Notes under the pieces: generated by a model
Databases searched by the model: none
Told to the model about the DNA's origin: nothing
Seen by the model: the letters and a program-made list of their open reading frames with translations, nothing else
Position numbers and translations under genes: made by a program
Shown here: positions 1 to 12,170 of the stretch, piece by piece
Layout of the letters: each line of letters begins with the position of its first letter
How positions within the stretch are numbered: the stretch's first letter is position 1
NCBI RefSeq assembly: GCF_018977255.1
Contig: NW_024704743.1
Coordinates: 79,672,001-79,736,000, forward strand
Direction of reading: 5' to 3'
DNA length: 64,000 nucleotides
Source of the DNA: Callorhinchus milii
Taxonomy: Eukaryota

Positions 1-799
1 TTAATGCAGCTAATGATTTCACTGCTGCAGAATGTGTTCATCAATCAAACTCATAAAACATCGGATATGCTTAATGCTTGAAATTAGGAACAGTATTAAG
101 TCTTCAAATCTAAATGGGGTTAGTTACAAAGGGTAATGTGTACAGAGGCTTAATGAACAGCACTAAACAATTCCCCCATTAATGAGTAAAAATACCTGAT
201 GTTGAGTCACAAAATTCTTGAGTTATGTATGAGTCCACTGTCATATATTGCTTTATCTTTTCCACGCGCTTTGTTATGTATTCTACTGTTATCACTCATG
301 TACTGTATATACTGTATCAGTAACTGCAAGTGAGTCAGTGTTGACCTTGGGTGGCCCTGACCTTATAATACTCACATGTAGAGTAATGTATATACGGCAT
401 CAGTTACTGCAGGTAAGTCAGTGCAATATAGAAGGTAGAGCTTGGGTGACCCTGACCTGATAATCCACAGGTAACAAGGTCACATTTCGGATAGTCTTAA
501 AAACAGATTTATTGTGTGAATTGTGACCATCACATGTCGGAAGCAGTTGGATTTGCGAGATTTGGAAAATGGCTAGTTGTAAACCCCAAAAGCCAAGAGA
601 ATCCGAAAAAAAATGTACTGATCGGACAACGAGCACATTGGGTTTGAAAATAAAACACGAGTTTACAAGACGATTCACAAACAACAACTCTGAGTTGCAA
701 ATAGAGGATCCTACTGGTCACTGGCAGTAAGTCATGGGAGACTTGCCTCATCTTCTAACAGTGACTTGCAGCTGGCCTCCAGCAAATCTGCTGTGATGC

Positions 800-1060
800 A
801 ATAATAATAATCCTTACATTTAATACTGTGCCTTTCATGTCAGGAGGATGGATGTCTCAAAGTCTCAAATCCTTCATAGGATTTATTGTGAACTGTAAGA
901 TGAAAGCAGTGGTTAATTTGCTTACAGTAATGTTTCACAAACAGCCATGAAGTGAATGACCAATTTTATTTGGGGGATTTTTGACTAGAATACTGAGAGA
1001 ATAGTGTCATGTTCACCTGAACAGGCAGACAGGACCTTGGTTTAACATCTCATCTGAAGG
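800..1060 (-). mobile_element. Deu-domain SINE (family B), degraded, 5'-truncated
   Basis: (TAA)n tail, 'tcacaaacagccatgaagtgaatgaccaatt' core and 'caggcagacaggaccttggtttaacatctcatc' match the copy at 2945-3370. Confidence 0.75.
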
Positions 1061-1140
1061 ACATGTTGATAGTTACTGGCAAAAGCACCTGTTAAATGAG
1101 CCTACTTCGTTATTAGTAAAACACATTTCCGACTCCTGAC

Positions 1141-1372
1141 GAGAAATTTCTCCTGGGTTTAAATTTACTCTATTTATGTAGTGTTTTAGAGCATCCAGAA
1201 TTCCACAAATTGTTGCATTCAATCTTATCTTTAAAGTCAGTTTCTCCAGTTCTTAAAAGAAACTAAGGCAAAATTCACTTCAAGATTAAAACTGTATTTA
1301 AGAATTTGTTAAATTCTGGAATCTCTGAAATACTATACAAGCAGAGAAAATCTAAATCCAGATGAAATTTGT
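1141..1372. mobile_element. MITE-like palindromic element, about 230 bp
   Basis: Imperfect terminal inverted repeats of about 68 bp (aaatttctcctgggtttaaatttactc... / ...gagaaaatctaaatccagatgaaattt); a second copy lies at 27468-27697. Confidence 0.75.
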
Positions 1373-2039
1373 TCCCCATTCTATTTGTAGATCCCCCTTG
1401 CACTGAAAAAGCTGTGATTCTGCTTCTGTGAATTATTAACTAATGGCCACCATGTAGAAGTAGCAAACTGCACCTCATGGTTTCAGCCTGAACTGTTATA
1501 TCAAAATAATAGCATATGGCACAAAGTTGTGTGTGTGTTGGAGGGGGGTGGGGTGTAGTGAAATCAGCTTAAATTAGTAACATAGGCTGAAGCGTTTTCA
1601 GACACATTACGTATGTCATCAATAGTTGCTAATTTAAGCCAGCGGTATCTGGCTCCCTTTTAAATATTTCATTGTAAAACATTCCCTCACCATTCCAGTG
1701 ATGAGCCTGTGTACTATGTGGTTTACACAGAGCTCATCTTCATTTTTTTTCCTCGAAGACTGTCACCATTGTTCCTTCTTGTTGAGGGATCGAGATAACC
1801 GAGGACAATAATTTCCTGTTCTAAAACGTCGTGCTTTTTGAAATTAGATGCCAAAAGCACTCAAATTTCTGAATCTCTGATTTTGGTTTCCTGCAATGGC
1901 TTCAGGCCCGGAACCAGAACATTTGGCACAGGAAACTTCTCATAAAACGTGTCATCCAGGGATGTGAACTGAATGCACTCGTGCAGTATTCACCCCTTTC
2001 CCCATCCCAGCTCCCCCATCGATTCATCTTCAAAACATA

Positions 2040-2160
2040 TACCCAGAACAATATTTTCATGTCACCAAAAGAGAAGAATAAGAGGACACAGATTCAGATT
2101 TGCAAAGGACAATTTTAGGACAGACACCAGATAGTATTTCTTTACCCAAAGTGTAGGATG
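2040..2160 (+). mobile_element. CR1 LINE ORF2 3' fragment
   Basis: Translates RGHRFRFAKDNFRTDTR*YFFTQSV, resembling the CR1 ORF2 C-terminal TRGH...RxxFFxQRV motif. Confidence 0.7.
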
Positions 2161-2379
2161 GCTGGGTCAGTATTCTGGTAGGGTGAGATCCAATTAGTCA
2201 AAAACAGCCTTTTTCAGCAGAACCAATTATGCTATCTTGTGTTAAGTGGCAGATTAAAGGATTGATCAACCCTGTTTATGGGATGTAAAGTCCAAGAAAA
2301 ACACACATCATAATTTAGAAGAAACCATATTCGAAAATAGAAACCAATAATGAGCTCACACCAGTTCAAAATCACACAT

Positions 2380-2580
2380 TCACTTTGTGCACAAATTAGC
2401 TGTCGTGTTCACCTACAAATTACACAGTTACAACACACTCCAGCAAATCCTGTGAAGCTCTTTGAGAAGTTTCATCTACATGATAAGGTGCTATATCAAA
2501 TGTAAGAATGAAGTGAAGTGCTTTGAGATATTTCCATGTGATAAGGCACTAGACCAACTGCAAGGATCATTATCATTTAT
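2380..2580 (+). mobile_element. Deu-SINE 3' part with duplicated tail
   Basis: 'tgtgcacaaattagctgtcgtgttcacctacaaa' core followed by two successive 'gtgaag..ctttgaga...tgataagg' tails. Confidence 0.65.
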
Positions 2581-2689
2581 GTCATACTGAATAGAATCCT
2601 CTGACCCTAAGGTACAAATTTTCCTTCCGGAAAACATTTTTCTAACAATCTCCATCTTGTCGTGATGTCAGTATCTCATGCTGAGGTAT

Positions 2690-2890
2690 GATTATGGGGG
2701 TGCCTGTACCTCACCTAGGTAGCTATTCTTCCGATCATCCGAGTACAGCTGAGCCTGGTCCTGTCCTTAATCCAACACAGACCGTATTCACATTTCAGCA
2801 TGGAATCACTGGACAGCAATGAGGATCAGCAATCTGGCTGTTTATGCCTTCTCTATCCTGGGGCTGAAACAAAATGTAGTGTCCCACCCA
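2690..2890 (-). mobile_element. Old tRNA-derived SINE (family C) fragment
   Basis: 'cagcatggaatcactggacagcaatgaggatc...ctggctg...cctggggctga' recurs at about 59200-59400, 55300-55450 and 32600-32760, and inverted at 43020-43230 and 45095-45260. Confidence 0.55.
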
Positions 2891-2944
2891 GCAGCTATCT
2901 CAAAATGAGTTTGAGTGCTATTACAATCCATATGGTCCAGTACA

Positions 2945-3370
2945 TAATAATATAATAATAATACTCCTTACATTTGATGTACTGCCTTATTATGTTGTTG
3001 AGACATCTCAAAGGATATACTGTAAAGTAGATTGACTGTGTATTTTGTGGGCAAAACCCACAGCCAGTTTTGCACACAGTAATATCCCACAAACAGCCAT
3101 GGAATGAGTAACTAATTTTTATTTGGGAGATTTGTTAGCCAGGATACCAGGAGGAACTCCCTTCTCTTTTTGAATGGTGCCATGGGATCTTTAACGTCCA
3201 AATGAGCAGGCAGACGCGACCTCAGTTTAATGTTTCATCCAAAGGATGGCACCTCCGACAATGTATTGGTGTGTCATCTTAGACTATATAATTCCAAGTT
3301 CCAATGTGGGGCTTGAACCCACAACCTTGTGACTCAGAGGCAAGAGTGCTATCATTGAGACCAGTTAACA
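2945..3370 (-). mobile_element. Near full-length Deu-domain SINE (family B, SacSINE1/AmnSINE1-like)
   Basis: On the minus strand: tRNA-like head (tagcactcttgcctctgagtcacaaggttgtgggttcaagccc), body 'ggacgttaaagatcccatggcacc...gaagggagttc', Deu core and (TTA)n tail. Confidence 0.85.
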
Positions 3371-5077
3371 CACAAGACACATCACCACATGATGGACTAC
3401 CTACTCTGGAAACAAAGCTGATCATTGACTTTAATTACTAGTTGTAGGATTTGGAGTTTTTTATAGCTAGTTGGCACCAAAGAGCTGCCATATGAAAGTG
3501 ATGGGTGTTGATCCTCCTTTCCTGGCCCTGTCAAACACAAGATTCTTTTAAAGGAACAGCTCAGCCCAGCTTTGATAGTGTGCTGTGCTCACTTTCAATA
3601 AAGAGGATTACAAAACTCTGTGAGGCCTCTTTGTCTGAATCCTAAGCCGCCCCATTATGGATATACGTAATACAGATACGAACCAGCTGTCCCACAGCTG
3701 ACCCATATTTTAGAAAGCCTGGGCAGTGTCCTGTTGTGGATGCAGAACCTAAACGGATTGGGATTGGTTAAGGAGTTGTGTCTTTCCCTGTGCCCCAATC
3801 TTAAACCTTGTTTCTGTTCTGTTTGTGTGCAGCTGCATTTAATAGGGAGCAGCATAACTGGAGGTCAGCCCTGAGAGGTGCTACCTATTGGTAACTAGTA
3901 TCCACATGGGGATATCACTTGGCAGCTGTGATAATTTCACTGCTTGCAGGGTTAAAATGTCACACAATCAAACACCATCCTTTGCACGTGTTAAACGACA
4001 CTCAGTGGTCAGTAGCAAATGCACTGTGGTTGGGAAAGATTTCTCCTGAAAATTGCAGCACCCCCCCACCTCTCCTAAAGTACACACTCACTGGTGGTCA
4101 ACCATTACAGACATTTGTTTGAGTGAATCTTTGACTTAAATGAGACTTTGACCTCGCACAGTCTGGTGTGCGTAAATTGGCTACTCACTATTTGTGGGAC
4201 ATTGGAACAAAATACAAAGTCACTACAACTTACAGTATATCCTGTGAAACGCTTTAAAACTTCCTCCCTTTATATATCAAATATAAAGATTATTATTATA
4301 TGTGCTTTCTGGTCAGTGCTGGTATTTATACAGACAATTGGTATCAATAAAGGAACAACTACTGCATATGACGCTGTGGGTTCTATCGCAACTGGGATCT
4401 GGGTTTAAATCCAGAACAGACTGATGACTAAAATGTATGGCTGTAAGGAATCTACTCAGTTTGGACAATATTTTTATTTTTAATCTCTCTTCTCCTAAGG
4501 TACTGACTAACAGTTTGTTCAATGCGTGCTGCTGTTCCTTTGGCCCTCCTACAATCGCAAGTCTAGACAGCGAGTGTCAGTAAGATATATAATGGTGTGT
4601 GTGTTAGTGGGGGAGTGGGGTGAAGCATCACACCCAAGTCTGATCTTGTCCTCAACTGAAGACCACACATCTGCACTATTCAACAGGAGGGTCACATTAG
4701 GAAATGTCTCAAATTCCATCGCAGAATTGCAGAAGTGTTTACAGGTTGAAATGTTACTCCGATGGCTTGCGTTGGCTGAGAGGGAGGATGGATCCTTTCC
4801 CAAATTTCAACCAACCTCCCCGAACAGTGCATTCACTGAATATTGGGAAGTGGTTAAAATGGACTCGTCAGGAAAGTGGAGAAAAAAAGTGAAGGTAAAA
4901 TATATGCTGCTATTATCCATCAAAAACATTTTAAAAATTGAAAACAGGCAACTTAATTATGTGGTGGAGCATTGTTATAATGTAGGGTTTGTAATCTATA
5001 AAATCCCATCCCACATTACAGTGAGGCATGATAGCAGGTTTGATTGTGTATGTAGTTCTTGCTTGCAGCTGGATCCC

Positions 5078-5980
5078 GTGCTAAAAGATAAAATGGCTCA
5101 CATCCAGTCCATCAGGTCAGATTAACAATAAAGCAGATAAGCCATGGCTTAGGACCCCAAGGTTTGAGGGGGCACCAGCTTTGATTGACCCCTTTATATC
5201 CTGGCTGCACCTCTCTTCCTGTCGCTCTGAGGCAGCGTGGTGAGTGACGGGAAGAGGAGCGGATCTGGAGGTAGGAGTCACACCAACAGGAGGTCAGACG
5301 AGGTAAAAGGCATTGTGGAGAGCAGGAGCCATGTCTAGCAGCAATAGAGTTTGTCTCAGTTGCACTGAAAAAAGATTTTGATGCAGACAGTGTTGATGAA
5401 TTTGTTCACTTTCTGGATTTTATATCACACATTAAATGTGAGAAAACTCTGTGTGAGAAATACTGAAGTATATGAAACAGAATAACTTGGTGGAATCAAC
5501 ATTTCCAAATGTGACAGTTGCTCTTTGTATGTTCTTAACACAACCAATAACACAAATAATGTGAAGGTTGAATGCTTGTCAAAAATGGATCTTATCAAAA
5601 CCTCACTCAGATCTACACTGATCCAGGATAGATTGAATGCACTCGCAGTCATGTTTATTGAACACCATTTGACACATACACTAAGTTTTGATCATGCAGT
5701 TGAATGTTTGCAACTATGAAGTCATGCACAAACGTTGTACGTTTTGTGTGCATAGTTCAAAGGGCCCCCAAATGTGATCTGTTTTGAGACCCCCCATCCC
5801 TTAATCTGGCTCTGGGGTCACCTATAACGTCATTTCCTGTTTGCTGCCTGCGCGTATGTAAAGCAGGAAGTGACATTGTCAGTGACCCGATGAACTGGAG
5901 TCAGCCTTATTTTTAGTGCAGCTAAACATGGCTGACTTGGAGCTCATCGGGTCATTGCCAATGTCACTTCCTGCTTTGTT
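5078..5980. repeat. Palindromic element with three arms of about 55 bp, interrupted by the hAT element
   Basis: Arm 'ggctgactccagttcatcgggtcactgacaatgtcacttcctgcttt' occurs forward (split at 5113/5814), reverse (5860-5918) and forward (5929-5977). Confidence 0.7.
5113..5814 (+). mobile_element. Internally deleted hAT DNA transposon (Tip100/ZMYM1-like)
   Basis: Ends caggtcagattaa / ttaatctggctctg. Interior encodes a frameshifted hAT C-terminal dimerisation domain: LVESTFPNVTVALCMFLTQPI...LSKMDLIKTSLRSTLIQDRLNALAVMFIEH..LSFD. Confidence 0.85.
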
Positions 5981-6184
5981 CATCAAGTGATGCTGGAGGC
6001 GACCTAACGACCTAGAAATCTGCAGTATTTTGTGTTTTGACCTAGAAATCAGCTATTTTGTGGCATAAAGCCAGTTTGCACCTGGGAAGCAGGCAGGCAC
6101 ATTGCACACATTCAGGGTCCACAGTGCAATCACATTATATGCACATTTGCGCTATAGTAAAGTACGTTATCCCTCAATCCCTCT

Positions 6185-6339
6185 GCCTTGCCCCCTCTCT
6201 CCCCTTTTTCAAGTCGAAGGTCGAAGGCCACCTCCCCACCTCCCTCACCCCGGCTCGAAGTCAGGCTCTGCCATTGTTAAGCGCTCTGAGACGCTGGCCC
6301 CCGTGGAGGGCGCCATATAAATGCAAGTTGTTGTTGTTA
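6185..6339 (+). mobile_element. L2 LINE 3' end (older subfamily)
   Basis: 'taagcgctctgagacg...ggagggcgccatataaatgcaagttgttgttgtt' tail. Confidence 0.7.
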
Positions 6340-6490
6340 TAGCAGGGCAGTACTGTATTACATTAAATGAGCACCAATTAGATACAATTGGCCAAGTACC
6401 TCATGGATTAGAGAGAGAATAATCACCAAGGTTTTCGTCTCCTGGTTGTTATTTAGTAATGCATGCTGGGAATTGCATGTATCTGGGCGC

Positions 6491-7190
6491 CAACAACAAC
6501 AAAATTACATTTGTATAGTGCCTTTCATGTTGGGAGGAAATCGCTGGACAGTCAGTGTTTCAGACCCGAGCTGAGAGTCGGGATTGGGGAGGATGGGTGG
6601 GGGGGAAGGAGAGTGACTGAAGGCACGGTCAAAGGGGAGGATCTTGAGACAGGTCTTGAAGGAGGTAAGGGAGAGGGTAAGGCGGAGGGACTGGGGGCAA
6701 ATTGGCTGAAGGCCCATCTGCTATGGTGGGGTGGGTGAGGCAGGGGACGTGATGCTGAGTGGAGGGAGTGGGCAGATTGGTAGGGGTTAGGAGGTCGCAG
6801 AGATAGTAGGGAACGAGGCCATGGAGAGCTTTGAAAGTGAGAACCAGTATCTTGAACTGTATCCTCTGTGTGATGGGAAGGCAGTGGACGGGGGGGGGGT
6901 GATAGGGTCGTGGAGCCTGGTACAGGAGAGGACATGGCTGCAGAGTTGTGGATGATCTGTAGCCTGTGGAGGGAGGAATTGGGAAGGCCATCAAGCAGGG
7001 TGTTTGCATAGTCGAGCCTGGATGTTATGTTATGTGTGTATGGTGATCTCGGCGGGCTTCGGTGTGAGACAGTGACGGAGCCGGGCGATGTTGCAGAGGT
7101 GGGGGAAGGCAGAGCGTGACATGGTATGGATATGGGATAGAAAGGACAGTTGAGGGTTAAACAAGACGCCAAGGTTCCAGACTGGTGAGG
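6491..7190 (-). mobile_element. L2 LINE, 5'-truncated, degenerate ORF2 C-terminus
   Basis: SRLDYANTLLDGLPNSSLHRLQIIHNSAA; HCLPITQRIQFKILVLTFKALHGL; PVWNLGVLF; (TTG)n tail. Confidence 0.9.
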
Positions 7191-7450
7191 AATAGTGTAC
7201 TGATAACTCATTATCAGGGTTCAAACATGAACAAGGGTCATCCCCATTATTAACTCAGTGTGCTGAGGTCCATTCATTTTTCGACCAGTGGAAAATCACT
7301 TTATTGGAGATACAAATGCCAAATGCTGATTTTCACTTTTAGAACTCGCACTGGCAAGTTCCATAAATTCACAGACCAGCAGAGAATAAAATATTTCTGC
7401 ACAATAAGATTTGTAAATTTACCAACTTTCAGAAGATCATCCCTAATGAT

Positions 7451-7731
7451 GTTAAACTGAGGTCTTGTCCAGGTGGACATTAAAGATCCCATGGCACTAT
7501 TCAAAAAGAGAAGGGAGTTTCTCCTGGTGTCCTGCCCAACAATTCCCCCTAATAAAAAATTGGTCATTCACTCCATGGTTGTTTCTGTGCCACTGCTGGG
7601 CACAGATTGGTTGCCACATTCGCCCACAAACTACACAGCCATTTCACTTTACAGAATATCCTGGGAAGCAGGTTGAGATGTCTCAATGATGTGATAAGGC
7701 GCTATATCAAATGCAAGGATTATTATTATTA
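7451..7731 (+). mobile_element. Deu-SINE family B, 3' half
   Basis: 'ggacattaaagatcccatggcactattcaaaaagagaagggagtttctcctggtgtcc', Deu core and ATT tail. Confidence 0.8.
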
Positions 7732-7867
7732 TCCCTTACTTTTCTTTAAAGGTAGTGTCTGCTTGTGAGGTACTGGCCTGGGCCATTGTTCATGTACAAG
7801 TCTTGATAGTGAGTATCAGCGAGCCATTTGACCCACAGGAACAGCTAAATGACACACAACCAAGACA

Positions 7868-7995
7868 GAATATAGAGGATAGCATTGTCAAACATAGCAA
7901 TATATAGAAAAGAAGATTAAATGGTCAAACATAAAACAATATATAGAATAGTGAACATTGTCAAACATACACATAATATAGAACAGATAATAGAA
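7868..7995. repeat. Degenerate minisatellite, unit about 35 bp
   Basis: Three repeats of 'gtcaaacata...aata(ta)tagaa'. Confidence 0.55.
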
Positions 7996-8714
7996 CCCCC
8001 CCACAACCCTCCCTCCCATTCAAACAGCATCAAACTAACCTGCCTCAGAAAAAAATTATACAAGAATTTTAAGTTTGATCTTGAAGAAAATGACAATAAA
8101 CCCTGTGAGACTATCTAATAACACACTGAAGACAACGCTTGCAAACATATTGTTGGTAACAGTTTTAAGTATATGGCAAACAGCCAAATTCTACTTTTCA
8201 CTGCAGTAATTTTGAGGTATGATATGAATCATTTGCATCTACCTTTCTTTGTTGGTTGAACATGTTTAGACTTTTCTGCTTGTTACTTTCAGTGGTTTCA
8301 GTGGTTTGTGATCTGATATGCCATTGGTGTGGAAAGCATTAATCTATTTGAAGTGTGAAGTTTGTACCTGTTTCTTTAAAGATGAAAAGTGTATGATTTC
8401 TTATAAAATGGTTAAGTGTAATGACTGTATCCTTTCTTGATTCTAATTTAGTCTCTGAATTTTGATACTAGTTTCAAGGTCTGTAACTGACAATTGCATA
8501 AAAGAACATAATGAGTGGGTTGGTGGGGGAATTGTCCTGAGAACTCTTAACAAACAATAGTTTATCCACAAGCTTGGATTTCTGTATAGCACTATAGGTC
8601 CTGAATACTTCTTATTGACCCCAGAGGCAGTGTCTGAGTGCTGCTTCATTGGATATCATTTAGGTTAAATCAATATCCCATTTTAGCAGCATAAAAGCAT
8701 TGTTTTCCACTGTT

Positions 8715-9050
8715 GTAGAGTCCCATAGCGTAGTGTTTAGTGCATTCGCCTTGCAAATGAGAGAACCCGGTTTCGATTCCAAATCAGGGTGAAACCTTGG
8801 GCAAGTTTCCTTACTCTACATGCCTCTGTTTACCTAGTAGTAAATAGAAAACTGGTTGTTAGTCGATTGGTAGATTGCTTTCCAGGGGTAATAATCCACC
8901 CCCATCCTTCCCAAATAATTTGATCATTCACTGCATGGCTGTTTGTGGGATACTGCTGAGTGCAATTGCCTGCTGCGTTTCACCTACAAAATACACAGTC
9001 AATCCAGTTAACGACGTGATAAGGCGCTATATCAAATGCAAGGATTATTC
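8715..9050 (+). mobile_element. tRNA(Ala)-like SINE family A, long form
   Basis: tRNA-like head, 'gaaaccttgggcaagtttccttactc' then 'tgcctctgtttacctagtagtaaatag...gttagtcgattgg' segment, Deu core and L2-like tail. Confidence 0.85.
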
Positions 9051-9060
9051 TTATCATTGT

Positions 9061-9176
9061 AATAATAACAATGATCCTTGCATTTGATATAGCGGCTTAT
9101 CACGTCTTCGAGACATCTCAAAGTGCTTCACAAAATATTCTGTAATGTGAATTTACTGTATACTTTGTGGGCAAAA
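9061..9176 (-). mobile_element. SINE family A 3' fragment, tail-to-tail with the preceding copy
   Basis: 'atccttgcatttgatatagcggcttatcacgtcttcgagacatctcaaagtgcttcaca'. Confidence 0.8.
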
Positions 9177-9773
9177 ATATGGATTATAGGCAACATATGG
9201 AACATGAAAATATTCAGGCCTGACCACTGTGCCAAAGATGGGGAGAGGACAATTGGGAGTAACTACCACCCCCACTTCAGAACAACCCTCCAAATTTACC
9301 ACAATGATGAACCAGCGATTGTGTTAAACATGAGGCAGGAATGTCCTGAACCTGTCGATAGTTAAAGACAAGTTTGCGAACAGTCCATAAAATGTTCTTT
9401 AAATAAGGAATGGCATTGATTAAGGAATGGAATACTGCAGGAATATTGCATTTATCCCCTCCAATATGTTAATTTTCCATCTGGAAATTTTATTTTGTTT
9501 TCTTAGTGTTCTTTACAACCTTCCACCACCCCCATATTCCCTTCAGTCGGGAGTAGTGGAAATTTCTGAAGGATGAATGTTTCTGAGTGAAAATGCTGAG
9601 TGAAATGTGCAATAATCTGCAATATTCTACAGAGCTTAGTTGATTAAATGTTCTGGGTCTGAATCCTGATGGGGCCACTTTTTTATGGTCACTAAAAGAA
9701 ATACAAAGACTGCAACAATCTATTAAGAGGATCTCCCTCGGGCTGAATCGACTTTGAGGACACATGTCCATTG

Positions 9774-10775
9774 AACAACAACAACAACAAGATTCCATTT
9801 ATAAAGCGCCTTTCACGTCAGGAGGACGTCCCAAGGCGCTGCACAGTTGGGTCATGACCCGAGCAGGGGGGAAATGGTCAGGGTGAGGGGAGGGAAGGGA
9901 GGGAGCGAGGAGGGGGTAGAGAGTTGAGAGGGGAGCTGAAGGCTCGGTCAAAGAGAAAGGTTTTGAGACCGGCCTTGAAGGAGGAAAGGGAGGAGGCGGC
10001 GAAGGCACTGGGGGATAGAGTTCCAGAGCCTCGGGGCTGAGAGGCTGAAGGCCCGACCACCGATGGTAGGGCGGTTGGGGCGGGGGACGTGGAGCAGACT
10101 GGAGCCAGAGGAACGGAGGGTACGGGCAGGTAGGTAGGGGGATAGTAGGTCGGAGAGGTAGGAGGGAGCGAGGCCGTGAATGGCCTTGTAGGTGAGGATG
10201 AGGATCTTGAATTTGATCCTCTGGGGGATGGGGAGCCAGTGGAGGCGAGCGAGGGTGGGAGTGATGTGGTCCCGAAGCCTGGTGCGGGACAGTACACGAG
10301 CTGCAGAGTTCTGAATGACCTGCAGCTTGTGGAGGGAGGTGGCGGGAAGGCCGGCGAGGAGAGAGTTCCCATAGTCCAGCCTTGAGGTGACAAAGGCGTG
10401 AACCAGAGTTTCAGCAGCGTGAGGGGTGAGGTAGTGCAGTAGTCTGGCGATGTTCCGGAGGTGATGGAAGGCGGTGCCAGTTGTGGTGCGGATGTGAGGG
10501 AGAAAGGACAGCTCAGGGTCGAACAAAACGCCGAGGTTCCTGACTGGCTTTGAGAGGTGGAGAGTGCAGCCTTGGATGCTGATGGTGTCGGCGCCTGAGG
10601 TGCGGAGGCGCTGACGTGAGCCAATCAGGAGGGCCTCGGTTTTTCGCACGTTGAGCTGAAGAAAGTTGTCTCTCGTCCAGGACTCGATGTCGGACAGGCA
10701 GGCTGTCAGGACATCGGTGGTCATGGAGTTGAGAGTAGAGGAGGAAAGGTAGAGTTGGGTGTCATCCGCATACAT
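9774..10775 (-). mobile_element. Young L2 LINE, 5'-truncated at YADD
   Basis: ORF 9948..10790: MYADDTQLY...VRNLGVLFD...SRLDYGNSLLAGLP...LHWLPIPQRIKFKILILTYKAIHGLAPSYL...GGRAFS; 3' UTR; (TTG)n tail. Confidence 0.97.
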
Positions 10776-10850
10776 CATGAAGCCAAGCAAGTCTTCAGAT
10801 CTGCACTGTATATATGAGTATACAATGGAAACCTACAAAAAGGAGACTAA

Positions 10851-10851
10851 G

Positions 10852-10884
<33 letters not shown>

Positions 10885-10951
10885 TACACACACACACACA
10901 CACACATACACACACACACACACACACATACATACATACATACATACATAC
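10851..10951. repeat. (CA)n/(TACA)n microsatellite
   Basis: Directly visible. Confidence 0.95.
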
Positions 10952-10952
10952 A

Positions 10953-11305
10953 GTGGAGCTTCATTATAAGGTGGTAGTTGTGGTCCGTAAAATCCCTGTC
11001 TCTTAACCAATGATCAGTTTCACTACACGTGAAAGCAAGTTTTCTTACTCCACACGCTTCTATTTACCTAACAGTAAGTAGGAACCCAGTTGTTAGTCGA
11101 TTGGCGAATCGCTTTTCCTTAAAAAAAAGCATTTGGTGACTCAATCTACGACTGTTTATAGCACAATGCTGTGTACAATTGGCTACCGCATTTTGCCCAC
11201 AAAATACACAGTCAATTCACTGTACAGTGTATTTTGTGAAGTGCTTTGAGATGTCTCAAAGATGTGATAAAGCGTTGTATCAACTGCAAGGATTATTATA
11301 TTATT
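10953..11305 (+). mobile_element. SINE family A, long form, head degraded
   Basis: 'gcaagttttcttactccacacgcttctatttacctaacagtaagtaggaacccagttgttagtcgattgg', Deu core and tail. Confidence 0.8.
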
Positions 11306-11934
11306 AATGCAGTTTAAACCTGGATATAGATAGAGTGCTAACGCAATGTATAATGGGAATACAGACTCGATTTCCCATCATTTCACTGAGATTCTGATCT
11401 CAGCTGCTTCACTGCAAAAAGGGACCACAGACAGGCAAGATTTTAAAGGGAAGGAGAGGTAGTTACTGGAAGTGTTGTTGATGACTAATTCAGGGTAACA
11501 GTGAGAGCGGCATTGGGTGCCAGTCACCCATCCATTCTCCAGAACAAACATGCCTTGGGGAAGTCAGAGGAAGTATGAGAGGGAGCTCATCCTAGAAAAT
11601 GATCAATTATTTTAACATGTTCTGAACAACAAGAGCGAAATATTAAATTCTCTTGTATATTCGGGAGAATGAGTCAGTTGCTTCTATTCATTTGTAAAGT
11701 AGGAGGTACATAAACTATCTGTTTGTATTGTGAACCACTTAACCAAACACAGTGCATAATTACTGGCAAGTTCAACCCTTGCTTCTGCACTGACCTGGGA
11801 TTTTATGAGTCAAATGTCTAAGTGTGTTCAGAGCTGTCAAATGAGATCATAACATGATTAGGCTACAGTTCAAGGCACGTACTTAACTTACAAAGCTGCC
11901 CAAAGATATATTCAAAATGATTTTCCTTAGAACA

Positions 11935-12170
11935 GTAATGCCTTGCTCTGTATATTGCCTTTGCACGTCGGATGAATGTCTTGGAAAGTTTCACAAAGAC
12001 GATGAGGATCACCAAGGAGCAGAAATTTGTTTTGACTAAAAGCACAGTCAAAGAGATGTGTTTTAAATTCAGGGAGAGAGAGTGCAAAGTGAAAGGAGTT
12101 TGAGAAACTATTCTAGAGGCTGGTGCTTTGTGGGGCACTGAAGGCTCAGCCAGCAATGGTTGAACGAAGG
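11935..12170 (-). mobile_element. Old L2 3' end
   Basis: Tail-like 'ccgacgtgcaaaggcaatata' on the minus strand and 'aaagcacagtcaaagag' (LFDxAF motif). Confidence 0.5.

Noticed and set aside
9878..10624. Long Pro/Ser-rich ORFs here and at 6552, 23285 and 61299
   Set aside because: They are alternative frames of GC-rich L2 sequence.
11892..12035. 144-nt open minus-strand exon
   Set aside because: It overlaps a decayed L2 3' end and has no recognisable protein similarity.
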